Source: Desulfurococcaceae archaeon
GTDB lineage: Archaea; Thermoproteota; Thermoprotei_A; Sulfolobales; Desulfurococcaceae
Length of the DNA: 32,498 nucleotides
NCBI GenBank assembly: GCA_038824035.1
Contig: JAWBBW010000016.1
Location: forward strand, 1 to 32,498
Direction: 5' to 3'
Shown here piece after piece: positions 11,096 to 21,277 of the stretch (its first letter is position 1; every line of letters starts with the position of its first letter). The position numbers were made by a program, and so were the translations under genes. The notes under the pieces are model-generated. The model saw only the letters and a program-made list of their open reading frames with translations, ran no database searches and was not told where the DNA came from.

Positions 11096-11560
11096 ATGAA
11101 CGGGAACCTGCCCCCTGGGCTCAAGATCAGGCGATTTGAGCCAAGTGATTTAATGGACATATTATCAATTGAAAAGGAATGTTTTGAGCCGGGTATCAGG
11201 TATGATAGCCTGACATTCCTGTACTATATCCTGGCGTATCGCGATAGGCTTGTGTTCTACGTAGCAGAGATGGGGAGGGTTCTAGTCGGCTATGTCTTAG
11301 CCATAGTAGAGAATGAGATATGTCACCTAGTATCGATCGCTGTGAGGAGAAGATATCGTAAGAGAGGTATAGGTGGTTCATTGCTGGATCTCGCGATGAA
11401 TGAGTGCCGGGCAAAAGGAGCTGGGAAAGCTGTGTTAGAGGTTGCTGTTGATAACAAAGATGCGCTGGATTTCTATTCCAAGAGAGGATGGAGAATTATA
11501 GGTGTCTTGGATAAATATTATGGTAACAGGGATGCGTATTTAATGGAGAGGCCACTTTAG
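11096..11560 (+). CDS. GNAT N-acetyltransferase (RimI/Ard1-like)
   Basis: IEKECF, HLVSIAV..RYRKRGIG (acetyl-CoA motif), LEVAVDN..A..FY, YYGNRDAYLM. Confidence 0.88.
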   Translation: MNGNLPPGLKIRRFEPSDLMDILSIEKECFEPGIRYDSLTFLYYILAYRDRLVFYVAEMGRVLVGYVLAIVENEICHLVSIAVRRRYRKRGIGGSLLDLAMNECRAKGAGKAVLEVAVDNKDALDFYSKRGWRIIGVLDKYYGNRDAYLMERPL

Positions 11561-11626
11561 TTAGCTATATATACAGTGCATATTTTCAATAAAAGCAAGG
11601 CATTAATGGTGTTTGCCTTGGGTATA

Positions 11627-12325
11627 ATGTTCCTAGCACCAGTAGACATAGTTATTGATAGCAGGGAGAACAGCAAACATCCGGAGTTCAGGGAATCCTT
11701 TGTAAAAGAGGGGCTTAAAGTGTCCATACAAGAATTGCCAGCTGGGGATTTCCTACTGATAGCTCCCCCCGATAAGCGAAGCATACTAGTTGAGAGGAAG
11801 ACCATTGATGACCTTGCAAACAGCATAAGAGATAATAGGCTATGGGAACAAAGCGAAGTCCTGATGGAGATAGCGAAAAGAGATGGGCATAAGCCATTAC
11901 TATTGATCGAGGGGTCTTTCACGTATTTGGAGAGATACAGAGGATGGAAAATACAGAGCATACTAAGGGCGATCGATACACTGGTTCTTGACCTGGAGAT
12001 CCCGGTTCTCTACGCTCCACATAAAGAAGCCACAATAGCTTGGCTAATAGCGAAAGCCAAGAGCCTTGGTTCAAGTGAGGGGAAAAGATTGATGAGACTA
12101 CGTGTCGAGAAAAAGCCGATGAGCCTCAATGACAGGATATTGTATGTCGCTGAAAGCGTTGCAGGCCCTCTCTTGGCTCGTAAATTGCTGAAAAAATTCT
12201 CCACGTTGCGAAACATAGCAAACGCCTCTATATATGAGTTAATGATGGTTGAAGGCATTGGTGAGAAAAGAGCACACGAGATCTACGCGATTTTCAATAC
12301 ACAGTGGAGAGAGGAGGTGATTTAA
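11627..12325 (+). CDS. xpf: Crenarchaeal XPF/ERCC4 structure-specific endonuclease (nuclease + HhH2 domains)
   Basis: IDSRE, GDF and VERKTIDD nuclease motifs; C-terminal VEGIGEKRA HhH. Start placed at ATG 11627 (ORF is open from 11576). Confidence 0.9.
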   Translation: MFLAPVDIVIDSRENSKHPEFRESFVKEGLKVSIQELPAGDFLLIAPPDKRSILVERKTIDDLANSIRDNRLWEQSEVLMEIAKRDGHKPLLLIEGSFTYLERYRGWKIQSILRAIDTLVLDLEIPVLYAPHKEATIAWLIAKAKSLGSSEGKRLMRLRVEKKPMSLNDRILYVAESVAGPLLARKLLKKFSTLRNIANASIYELMMVEGIGEKRAHEIYAIFNTQWREEVI

Positions 12326-12326
12326 A

Positions 12327-13334
12327 TTGTATGATGAATTAATAAAAGTGCTGGTTCCAGCCCTGGTATCAATTGTCACGGCCAATTCCATGATCAATTG
12401 GTGGATAAACACGGGCAGGAGACTTGGATACGTGAGCCGCGATATGAACAAACCCGGTGATCACTACGTAGTCGAATCGGGCGGTATATGGGTAATTCTA
12501 TCGATCACGTTCGGTATGTTGACATATATTGCAATGGACATATATCTCGAGAAGGACGTGGACACGTTGCCTTTGCTCACCATCTCGATGACGTTGTTAT
12601 TAGCCGGGTTACTTGGGTTTCTTGATGACATACTTGGCTGGAAAAAAGGCATTTCGCCAGGTAAAAGGGTTTTATTCACAATACCGATCGCAATTCCCTT
12701 GATGGTGATTAAGGCTGGTTATAGTGTGATCGAGATCCCATTTATAGGCCCCATAGACCTTGGGCTACTATATCCACTACTAGTGGTGCCTATAGGGGTG
12801 ATGGGCGCCAGTAACGCATTCAACATGATAGCCGGTTATAATGGATTGGAGGCCATGCAGGGCATTTTGATCACGTTTTTCACATTGATATTCTCGTTTA
12901 TAAAAGGAATTCACAGCGTTGTGCCGCCACTGGTGATCGCGTTGTCCACGCTACTGGTGTTTTATAATTATAATAAATACCCTGCAAGAGTGTTCCCGGG
13001 CAATTCGTTGACGTATGGATATGGAGCCTTCTACGCATCAGTGGTTATATATGGTAATTTCGAGAAATTCGGCCTAATGATGTTTGCTCTCTATTTCATC
13101 GAGTTCTCGCTATTCGTGAGGGGCTTGGTTAATAGGGTGTATAAGGAGAACTTCGGCAAGGTCGCGGATAACGGTGATTTGATGCCTCCTTATGACAAGG
13201 TCTATAGTTTAACGCACTTGGCCATTAAGATGAACATATTGATCAAGGGCAATTGTAGGGAGATCGATGTTGTCAAGGTAATAGCCATTCTCCAGGTCAT
13301 GACGGGGTTAATGGCTGTTTTACTCAACTTGTAA
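12327..13334 (+). CDS. aglH: UDP-GlcNAc:dolichyl-phosphate GlcNAc-1-phosphate transferase (AglH/GPT, MraY-like family)
   Basis: DMNK, ESGG, GFLDD, NAFNMIAGYNGLE, NKYPARVFPGN motifs; multi-TM; GGAGGTGA SD upstream. Confidence 0.82.
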   Translation: MYDELIKVLVPALVSIVTANSMINWWINTGRRLGYVSRDMNKPGDHYVVESGGIWVILSITFGMLTYIAMDIYLEKDVDTLPLLTISMTLLLAGLLGFLDDILGWKKGISPGKRVLFTIPIAIPLMVIKAGYSVIEIPFIGPIDLGLLYPLLVVPIGVMGASNAFNMIAGYNGLEAMQGILITFFTLIFSFIKGIHSVVPPLVIALSTLLVFYNYNKYPARVFPGNSLTYGYGAFYASVVIYGNFEKFGLMMFALYFIEFSLFVRGLVNRVYKENFGKVADNGDLMPPYDKVYSLTHLAIKMNILIKGNCREIDVVKVIAILQVMTGLMAVLLNL

Positions 13335-13354
13335 ATAACTGTGAATAACCCGGA

Positions 13355-14611
13355 TTAAATACTTCTGAGTACAAAGAGCCATAGGTAGACACAGCCAATT
13401 GTACATATGAAAGCCGATATCACGAATGAATTACCAGGACCGGTTAAGACATATAAGAAACCAGCCACCATGGATGCCATAGATGAACCGAGGTTTTCAA
13501 GCATCCTCTGTATACCGGTCGCCCTTCCTCTCACTTCACGGGGCAGGATCCTTGTAAGCAATGTGGAAATACCTGAGTTTATCACAGTGGATGATATCGC
13601 CTGTATGAGGAAAGCAGTGAAAAGAAATATTAATGGATTTGAGTCAATGAAATAGGGCAAGGCCATTAATATGAATGAGAAAGACGTGGCTACACACGTG
13701 AACAATATGGCTGTGTCTAACCTGAAAGACCTGTGCTTAACTAGGAGAAGCGATATCACTATGTTCCCCATTGTCGAGAAACTCGTTATAATGCCCCATT
13801 CAGGCTTACTTAAACCAAGCACGTCGATCGCATATATGGCTCCATAAGTGTTCAGGACTCCGTATACGAGTGGCCAGATCAGCACTGAGAAGACGTATAC
13901 TCTCAATGCCTTGTTCAAGATAGGCCTATATCCAGCTAACTCTAATATAAACTTGCTAAGCTCCTTATCACTTGGCCTAAAAGTCTCTTTCAACATCTTA
14001 AGCCTAATGAAGAACACTGTTAAGCTAATTACACCAGACGCTATGAAGCCTACTCTAACCCCTGTTACACCTAATTCCTCGTAGAGTAGTCCACCGACAA
14101 CGGGCATGAAAGTGCCTGGCAAAGCGGACGCCACATTGAGTACTAGGAATCCGCTGAACTCTTTTCCACGTGTCAGCGAATCCATTATGATCGCCGTGAG
14201 GGCTGGGGAGTAGAAATGCAATATTTGATCCACCACCCATATGATCGCTAGTTGTTTCCAATCCTGAGCAAGGGCGTAGAGAAATTGCGTTATAACTATG
14301 CCACCTGTGCCTATTACAATGACCTTTACCCTACCGAGGTAGTCGGTTAAAAACCCTCCTGGAATCAGGGATAACGCGAAAGCCAATATCCCAATACTCC
14401 TCATATATGCTATCTCGAGATCTGTCGCTCCCAGGTCCTTGGCATACTTGGCGAAGAAAGGATTGACCAGTGACCCGCTGAGTGAAAATAGAAACCACGA
14501 GAGAGCCATTAGACCTACATTACCAGCTAGCAATGCTCGGATCTCTGCGTAGTAATCAAAGATAAGTCCCTCGAGTTTTCTAAAAAAAGATCCAGGTTTC
14601 GTCTGAAACAC
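13355..14611 (-). CDS. MFS transporter
   Basis: About 12 TM segments; motif A GFLTDYLGRVK; C-half PREVRGRATG. Confidence 0.88.
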   Translation of the reverse strand: MFQTKPGSFFRKLEGLIFDYYAEIRALLAGNVGLMALSWFLFSLSGSLVNPFFAKYAKDLGATDLEIAYMRSIGILAFALSLIPGGFLTDYLGRVKVIVIGTGGIVITQFLYALAQDWKQLAIIWVVDQILHFYSPALTAIIMDSLTRGKEFSGFLVLNVASALPGTFMPVVGGLLYEELGVTGVRVGFIASGVISLTVFFIRLKMLKETFRPSDKELSKFILELAGYRPILNKALRVYVFSVLIWPLVYGVLNTYGAIYAIDVLGLSKPEWGIITSFSTMGNIVISLLLVKHRSFRLDTAILFTCVATSFSFILMALPYFIDSNPLIFLFTAFLIQAISSTVINSGISTLLTRILPREVRGRATGIQRMLENLGSSMASMVAGFLYVLTGPGNSFVISAFICTIGCVYLWLFVLRSI

Positions 14612-14624
14612 CTTGTTATAAGGA

Positions 14625-15902
14625 CTATACTGGCTCTCCTCTGAGAGCCTTTTCTAATAGCTCCTTCGCGTAGTCAAACCTGATCCTGCCATCCCTTATC
14701 ATGCGCTCAGCTATCCTGTCTATTAAATCGCCAGTCGCCCCGGCCATTATTGCGAGGTTCTTCGCGTGGAGCCTCATGTGGCCTTTCTGAATTCCCTCTG
14801 TAACAAGGGCTCTTAGAGCGGCGAGGTTTTGGGCTAAACCCACAGCGGCCATTACCTCGGCTAATTCCTTGGCACTCTTCACGCCCAGTATTTTCAGTGC
14901 AATCTTCGCCACAGGGTGGACTCTTGTAGCTCCACCAACGATCCCTACTTGTATTGGCAATTCAAGCATGCCTGTGAGATAGCCGTCCTCGACCTCCCAT
15001 GTACTGAGTGGTTTATAAACCCCGCTTTTAGCTGCATATGCATGGGCACCGGCCTCTATGGCCCTGTGATCCTGGCCTGTTGCCAGGGCAACGGCTATGA
15101 TGCCGTTCATGATGCCTTTGTTGTGTGTGACAGCCCTGTATGGGTCTACCTCGGCAATCACACTGGCTTCCTCTATTTTCCTCGCTATTTCCAATCCACC
15201 CACGTTTTCAACTGGTGTCTTGGCCCATGCCCTCACAATTCTCCTCGTTGCGTAGTTGGATATGATCCTCAGTCTCGCTTCACCACCTGTTATCTTCTCA
15301 AGTACAGGTGCTATTGCCTCCAACATGGTGTTAACGGTATTAGCCCCCATGGCGTCCTTGACATCGACGATCAGGTGAACAATTATGATGGGCCCTATCT
15401 TGCTGTCCACAACCCTTATTTCCAAGTCCCTTGGCCCACCCCCGTATTTCACTAACACCGGGTCTTGTTGCTTGGCGTGTTCGAGTATTTCATGTTTTGA
15501 TTCAATGATCTTGAGTGCTTTGTAATGTGGTGCATTAGCCTTCACTATGTGGACTTGTCCAATCATCTCCTGTTGGCCAGCCTCCGCCATTATGCCCTTC
15601 TCATATCTCAACATCTTAGCCCCATTACTCGCCGCCGCGACGACGCTTGTCTCCTCGATGACCATGGGGACCAGGTAATCCTTACCGTTTATGAGGAAAT
15701 TAGTGGCAATTGCGAATGGATAGGTCATTCCTCCAATCACGTTTTCTACCATGCTATCGGCTATTTTTTCCGGTAAATTGCCTAGATTCGACAATGTCTC
15801 CTGCTCATCGCTGGTGAGCTCGGCCCATTCCGCCACTATCCTCAACCTATCCTTGATCGGCAGTTTATAAAACCCCTGTATTCGGCTAGTTCTCTCGTCC
15901 AA
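14625..15902 (-). CDS. mvaA: HMG-CoA reductase, class II (bacterial/degradative type)
   Basis: ENVIG, EETSVVAA, DAMGANTVN, THNKGIMNG, GQDHRAIEA, EGIQKGHMRLH (class II flap His); GGTGAGG SD. Confidence 0.92.
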   Translation of the reverse strand: MDERTSRIQGFYKLPIKDRLRIVAEWAELTSDEQETLSNLGNLPEKIADSMVENVIGGMTYPFAIATNFLINGKDYLVPMVIEETSVVAAASNGAKMLRYEKGIMAEAGQQEMIGQVHIVKANAPHYKALKIIESKHEILEHAKQQDPVLVKYGGGPRDLEIRVVDSKIGPIIIVHLIVDVKDAMGANTVNTMLEAIAPVLEKITGGEARLRIISNYATRRIVRAWAKTPVENVGGLEIARKIEEASVIAEVDPYRAVTHNKGIMNGIIAVALATGQDHRAIEAGAHAYAAKSGVYKPLSTWEVEDGYLTGMLELPIQVGIVGGATRVHPVAKIALKILGVKSAKELAEVMAAVGLAQNLAALRALVTEGIQKGHMRLHAKNLAIMAGATGDLIDRIAERMIRDGRIRFDYAKELLEKALRGEPV

Positions 15903-15971
15903 AATAACCTCACCGTAAGTTATAAGAGAACTGGTGAAATATTAAAACTAGTCATACCGGGGCAGAGGATC

Positions 15972-16364
15972 ATGGTTCATGAATGGGCATTGGCAGAATC
16001 AATAATACTATACCTTCTCAGCAACAAGTACTTCAGGGTCAAGGAACTGAGGATCAGGATTGGGGCCTTGCAGTCAATAGACAAGGATATATTGGAATTC
16101 GGGATCAAGGAGTTATCTGGGGAGAATAATATATCAATCAATAACATAGTTTTCGAAGATGAACAGCCCGTTTTAAAGTGCAATACTTGTGGACATGAAT
16201 GGGCAGTGAACCCTGAGGAATTAGGCGAACACATCAAGGAGGCCATACACTTTATCCCAGAATCTATTTACGCGTTTGTCAAATGCCCTAAATGTAGCAG
16301 TGTTGATTACCAAGTAGTGAAGGGGAGGGGTATATCCAAGATCGAGGTGGTGCTCAACGATTGA
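15972..16364 (+). CDS. hypA: Hydrogenase nickel metallochaperone HypA
   Basis: N-terminal MVHEW (MHE-like Ni site); CxxC...CPxC Zn site; long Thermococcus-type insert (EAIHFIPE); KGRG. Confidence 0.9.
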   Translation: MVHEWALAESIILYLLSNKYFRVKELRIRIGALQSIDKDILEFGIKELSGENNISINNIVFEDEQPVLKCNTCGHEWAVNPEELGEHIKEAIHFIPESIYAFVKCPKCSSVDYQVVKGRGISKIEVVLND

Positions 16365-16377
16365 TCCAAGGATATTA

Positions 16378-17097
16378 TTGGCTAGGAATAACCTGGCCAA
16401 GGTTAGATCAATCTATATAGCGTTAAGTATTAAGGGCGGTGTTGGCAAGACAACTGTGTCAACTCTTTTATCGCTTTATTTTGCATTGAATAAGGTTAGG
16501 ACAGGCCTAATGGACTTGGATTTCGTGAACTCGTCTACACATATATTGCTAGGTGTTAACCCCCTTGTCATAAAGTATGAAGAGGAAAAAGGGATAATCC
16601 CGTACATGTTGATGGAAAACCTATACTATTTCACAATAACGCCGTTCACAAGTGATAAGCCGATCGCGTTGAGAGGGGAGTCAGTGAGAAATGCCTTACG
16701 AGAGGTCTTATCCATTGTCAAATGGGACAAAGTCGAGTTCCTATTCATAGATACCCCACCTGGTGTTAGCGATGAGCAATTGGAATTAATATATAATTTA
16801 AGAGGCCTCGGCAATGTCAAGCCATTGGTCATATCAACGCCGAGCAATATGTCGTGGAATAGTGTTGTCAAGTTGTTAAGCCTATTACGTGGAGCTGGGT
16901 ATGAAGACATATACCTAGTGGAAAACATGGGCTCAGGCGTATTAGAGGATAAAGCAAGGCAATTAGGTGTGAAATATGCGGGTTTCCTGCCTTATCTAGA
17001 TAAATTGGAGGACAAAGTGAGGTATATAGCTGTAAACGGTGTGCCAATAGATCTGCGCGTATACCTGGATAAGGTAGCTATGGCTATTTTGAACTAG
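16378..17097 (+). CDS. Mrp/MinD (NBP35-like) P-loop ATPase; probable ATPase-type HypB partner of HypA
   Basis: Deviant Walker A KGGVGKTT, DLD, DTPPG and VENM motifs; directly follows hypA. True start may lie at 16357-16360. Confidence 0.8.
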   Translation: MARNNLAKVRSIYIALSIKGGVGKTTVSTLLSLYFALNKVRTGLMDLDFVNSSTHILLGVNPLVIKYEEEKGIIPYMLMENLYYFTITPFTSDKPIALRGESVRNALREVLSIVKWDKVEFLFIDTPPGVSDEQLELIYNLRGLGNVKPLVISTPSNMSWNSVVKLLSLLRGAGYEDIYLVENMGSGVLEDKARQLGVKYAGFLPYLDKLEDKVRYIAVNGVPIDLRVYLDKVAMAILN

Positions 17098-17105
17098 AGT
17101 CTAGA

Positions 17106-19238
17106 TCAATTCAAATAGCCCATCTCTTTCAATTGTTTATATATCTCGTCGACAACACGAGGGCCTAATTTCGGTAATGACTCTATTTTATGCCTAGGTG
17201 TATTGGCGAGGTCTCTAAGCGTTCTAATACCATGTTGTATGAGTATCCTGGCTCTCACGCGCCCGATGTATCTCAGAGATGCCAGTTCAACCGCATCTTC
17301 TCTTACTCCTTTCTCAATTCTCTGCGTGAGTGTTTTGAGTTTTCTACGCATATTCACATCCCCTAAAACTCCCTCTATCTTGCTGAGAGAACTCGTTATC
17401 CAGGACGCTGTATCCCTCATGCTATATAGATCGCCTGGCCCTATCCCATACCTATCCACGATCTCGTCTTCTGTCCTCTCATTGATCCAGTCATTGAGTA
17501 TCATGGCATGTATAAAACCCGTTAACCAGTCGTCGTAGTCGATTAGATCGCTCTTATACGGTGGTATCATGTTCATGTTGGCATAACTCTCGGCGAGTTC
17601 TTCGAAACCGTGGACTAGTTTATCCGGTATATATGGAGAGCTCTTTTTGAAATCGGGCGTGATGCACACTAGGTGTAATAGGTATAAATCGCTATAAGAT
17701 CGTGGTTTCAGGGATAAATATATATGAACACTCAATGGGTCTAGATATGTATAGGATGTTATCTTGCCAAGTCTTGTCGCGTGAATGTATTCCCCATGCT
17801 TGTTAATCATATCGAGTTCTTCAAGTAATTTGATCGCTTCTTGAATCTTGATAGTGGTGAACAATATGTTACTTGCGTAAAAGGCCGAAAATGTGTGGTT
17901 CAACACCTCTATTATCTCGCTTAGTTTATCGGCTTCTTGCGAAGCTATGAGGGATAATGCATGGATTCTCAGGCTTCTCTCATTGAATAATTTCCCCCTT
18001 ATAGGCTCTGGTTTACTATTTATATACTTCATACCCTCTTCTAGGTTTTTCGCATCTATTATTATAGCTTCCCCGATATCATCGTAGCGAGGTCTCCCCG
18101 CTCTTCCAGCCATTTGCTTATACTCCATTACAGGTATGTTCACTCTCTTGCCCTCAACGGGATCATATCTTTTAATTGAAACCACAACTCTACGAGCCGG
18201 CATGTTCACGCCGGCTGCTAGGGTTGGGGTTGCGTAGACTACTTTCAAAAGCCGCATTTTAAAGGCGTTTTCAACCACTTTCCTCGACATATGTGATAGG
18301 CCTGCGTGGTGAAACGCCACCCCTTTCCTCATCAAGCTGGTTAATAGATCTCTTTCAATAGATGTGGGAGCCTCTTCGAGCTCTCTTATGAGCTTATCCA
18401 GGTCTTTTGAAGATATTGATGGCAATCTCTCACTCGTGTGCTCGGCGTACTCTTCCACCCGTTTCCTATTATGTATGAATACGAGTGTTTGATGGTCTTT
18501 TTCCATGATATTGTGTAATACCACGTCCATGATCCTATCCCCTGTTTCATCGCTGATTTCTTCTCTTCTCCCATCATTAAACACCACTGTGTTATCTCTC
18601 CTATCGTAAACACCCTCAACTAGCTTAACCGGCCTCCAATCCAGGTTCACTAATTTACCCTTGACCCAGTTTGCGAGGACCTCGGGATTTCCAATAGTGG
18701 CTGAGAGACCTAATATCTGCATGTTATTTCTCAACGCTCTCGCTATGATCATCTCGATAATGGGCCCTCGATCAGGGTCATTGATGTTATGTATTTCATC
18801 GACGACGATCACCTTGACCCTATCGATCCACGAGGGTTTGAGCCGTAATAGGCTGTCAAACCTCTCATAGGTAGCTATGATCAAGTCATGCTTACCAAGG
18901 TATTCAGCTGGTTGGTCGTAATCACCTGTCGTAATCCCGACACTTAGTCCCAATCTCTCCAATTGCTTAAACTCTTCGTATTTCTCGCTGGCAAGGGCCT
19001 TTAATGGTGTTAGGTAAACACCGATATGGCCGTTCAAAGCTCTTTTGACCAAGAGCATTTCAGCCACCAATGTCTTGCCGCTGGCTGTCGGCGTGGAGAT
19101 CACAATGTTTTCCCCGTTGAAGACGCCTTTCCTAATTGCCTCTTCTTGAACTGGGTTTAACTCGGTTATACCCCTGTTCCTCAATAGTTCTATGTAAATG
19201 GCTGGTAATCCCCATTTAACCAGTTCTCCGATCTCCAT
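17106..19238 (-). CDS. hel308: Ski2-like SF2 DNA helicase Hel308
   Basis: PTASGKT, DEIH, LSAT, FHHAGL, TPTLAAGVNMPA, QMAGRAGRP motifs; C-terminal IGRVRAR (RAR motif). Confidence 0.93.
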   Translation of the reverse strand: MEIGELVKWGLPAIYIELLRNRGITELNPVQEEAIRKGVFNGENIVISTPTASGKTLVAEMLLVKRALNGHIGVYLTPLKALASEKYEEFKQLERLGLSVGITTGDYDQPAEYLGKHDLIIATYERFDSLLRLKPSWIDRVKVIVVDEIHNINDPDRGPIIEMIIARALRNNMQILGLSATIGNPEVLANWVKGKLVNLDWRPVKLVEGVYDRRDNTVVFNDGRREEISDETGDRIMDVVLHNIMEKDHQTLVFIHNRKRVEEYAEHTSERLPSISSKDLDKLIRELEEAPTSIERDLLTSLMRKGVAFHHAGLSHMSRKVVENAFKMRLLKVVYATPTLAAGVNMPARRVVVSIKRYDPVEGKRVNIPVMEYKQMAGRAGRPRYDDIGEAIIIDAKNLEEGMKYINSKPEPIRGKLFNERSLRIHALSLIASQEADKLSEIIEVLNHTFSAFYASNILFTTIKIQEAIKLLEELDMINKHGEYIHATRLGKITSYTYLDPLSVHIYLSLKPRSYSDLYLLHLVCITPDFKKSSPYIPDKLVHGFEELAESYANMNMIPPYKSDLIDYDDWLTGFIHAMILNDWINERTEDEIVDRYGIGPGDLYSMRDTASWITSSLSKIEGVLGDVNMRRKLKTLTQRIEKGVREDAVELASLRYIGRVRARILIQHGIRTLRDLANTPRHKIESLPKLGPRVVDEIYKQLKEMGYLN

Positions 19239-19312
19239 TTAAAACCACTGATGTTGTTCCTCCAATTATATTATATGGGTGGTTAAAGATTGTTTAAACA
19301 AGAGGGGTTGAG

Positions 19313-21277
19313 ATGAGGAAGATATTTCACAGATTAGCCAGCCTCGATGAAGCCATCAGAGCTGTGATCAACGCTATTGACTTGAAACCGCTTGGTGTCG
19401 AGGATATCGATGTTTTCGATGCCATTAACAGGGTTCTCGCAGTCGATGTATATGCCCCAATAGATCACCCGCCTTTCGATAGATCAGAGGTCGATGGCTA
19501 TGCCGTTAGGAGTGAGGACACGGCGTGGGCTGATGAACTATCGCCCATGAGACTTAGGTTAAAGGGGAAAGTGAGGATTGGTGAGTTTCCATCCATAGAG
19601 CTGAATAGTGGCGAGGCTATTGAAATAGCCACGGGCGCCATGATACCACGTGGATGTGACGCAGTTGTAATGGAGGAATATGTTGAAAAAAAGAATGGCG
19701 AAATATTGGTCTACAGGTCGATTGCGCCAGGCGAAAACATAGCTACAGCTGGTAGTGATATATCAATGGGGGATCTCGTGATACCGGCTGGCACTATTCT
19801 GAGAGAAGAACACATAGGGCTACTCGCCGGGCTTGGGTTCTCCAAGATAACTGTCTATAAGAGGCCGAGAATAGCGGTATACTCGATTGGCAACGAGTTG
19901 GCAAAGCGAGGTGAGGTGTTGAGACCCGGCATGGTGTATGACGTGAACGGTGCATTAATAACATCTTATCTAAGGTCTATGGGCGCAGTAGCAGTGTTCA
20001 AGGGGGTTTTACCAGATGATTACGGGGTAATAAGAGATGAGATCTACAGAAGCATTGTGGAATATGACATGGTGGTTACAAGTGGGGGTACTAGTGCAGG
20101 CGAGGAGGACATTATTTACAAGATCTTCGAGGAGATAGGCAATGTCGTAGTCCATGGACTTAGGACAAAACCAGGTAAACCGACAATAATAGCTGTTTCA
20201 TCAGGTAAATTACTAATAGGTTTACCCGGGTTCCCGCTTTCATGTTACATGGTCTTGGTAAGGGTCGTGAGGCCTATTATTGCGAGAATACTGGGTATTA
20301 GGGAAGAGGTCGATACAATACATGTGAAGTTGTCATTAAGTATTAGGAAACACATCGGCAAGACCTGGCTCATACCGGTCATTCTGGTTGAATCACGTGG
20401 AGAACTAGTGGCATACCCTGTATCGATGAGCAGTGGCAGTATATCACCACTGATCTACAGTGATGGATTCATTGAGTTAGATGAAAACGTGGACATAGTG
20501 GAGGAGAACACATTGGTGAGATTTCACCCATTTCGCAACTACATATCTCTGAATAGGCTCAGCATCATAGGTAGCAATGATCCACTGTTATTCGAGATAC
20601 TCAAGGAAACCGGGCTCATACATAGGGCAAGGGTTTTAAACGTAGGTAGCACTGCTGGTTGGAACTCCGTGGTGAGGGGTGAAGCGGATATTGCACCGAC
20701 GCATTTGCTTGACCCCGAAACAAGGAGGTATAATGTTCCTTTCCTTGATAAATACGGCCTAAGGGGCAAAGCTGTCATCATAAGAGGTTATGACAGGCTC
20801 ATAGGCCTGGTAGTAGCGAGGGGTAATCCAAAGAAAATAAAGAGCTTAGAGGACTTGTTGAGAGGCGATATCAGAATGGTTAATAGAAACAGGGGATCAG
20901 GGGCTCGCGTATTCCTAGACATGAAATTAAAAGAGATCTTTGAGAAAAAGGGCATATCCTTTGACAACGTGGAGAGAATTATAAATGGATATACATATGA
21001 GGTCAAGACACATACAGCAGTAGCAGTGGCTGTTAAACAGGGTAGAGCTGATGTGGGGATAGCTGTTGGCTATGTAGCGGATATGTATGGGTTAGATTTC
21101 ATACCACTGACATGGGAGGAGTACGATTTCCTCATACCTATGGATAGGTTGGAGAAGGGATTAGTGGCTATGTTTATCAATCACTTGAGGGATAAGGACC
21201 TATTGGCCAGGTTGATCAGATATCCAGGCTACTATAGGATACCGAGCGATATAGGGCTTGAGAGGCCGTTTGATTAG
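19313..21277 (+). CDS. moeA: Molybdopterin/tungstopterin biosynthesis protein MoeA fused to a C-terminal PBP (LysR-like substrate-binding) domain
   Basis: PPFDRSEVDGYAV, TGAMIP, SGGTSAG, KPGKP, GLPGFP motifs; C-terminal GSND, GSTAG, NRNRGSGAR, GYTYE..TH. Confidence 0.92.
   Translation: MRKIFHRLASLDEAIRAVINAIDLKPLGVEDIDVFDAINRVLAVDVYAPIDHPPFDRSEVDGYAVRSEDTAWADELSPMRLRLKGKVRIGEFPSIELNSGEAIEIATGAMIPRGCDAVVMEEYVEKKNGEILVYRSIAPGENIATAGSDISMGDLVIPAGTILREEHIGLLAGLGFSKITVYKRPRIAVYSIGNELAKRGEVLRPGMVYDVNGALITSYLRSMGAVAVFKGVLPDDYGVIRDEIYRSIVEYDMVVTSGGTSAGEEDIIYKIFEEIGNVVVHGLRTKPGKPTIIAVSSGKLLIGLPGFPLSCYMVLVRVVRPIIARILGIREEVDTIHVKLSLSIRKHIGKTWLIPVILVESRGELVAYPVSMSSGSISPLIYSDGFIELDENVDIVEENTLVRFHPFRNYISLNRLSIIGSNDPLLFEILKETGLIHRARVLNVGSTAGWNSVVRGEADIAPTHLLDPETRRYNVPFLDKYGLRGKAVIIRGYDRLIGLVVARGNPKKIKSLEDLLRGDIRMVNRNRGSGARVFLDMKLKEIFEKKGISFDNVERIINGYTYEVKTHTAVAVAVKQGRADVGIAVGYVADMYGLDFIPLTWEEYDFLIPMDRLEKGLVAMFINHLRDKDLLARLIRYPGYYRIPSDIGLERPFD

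Noticed and set aside
12327-13334. Functional link between aglH and the GlcNAc PTS (salvage for N-glycosylation)
   Set aside because: The genes are 9 kb apart with unrelated housekeeping genes between; proximity is not evidence.
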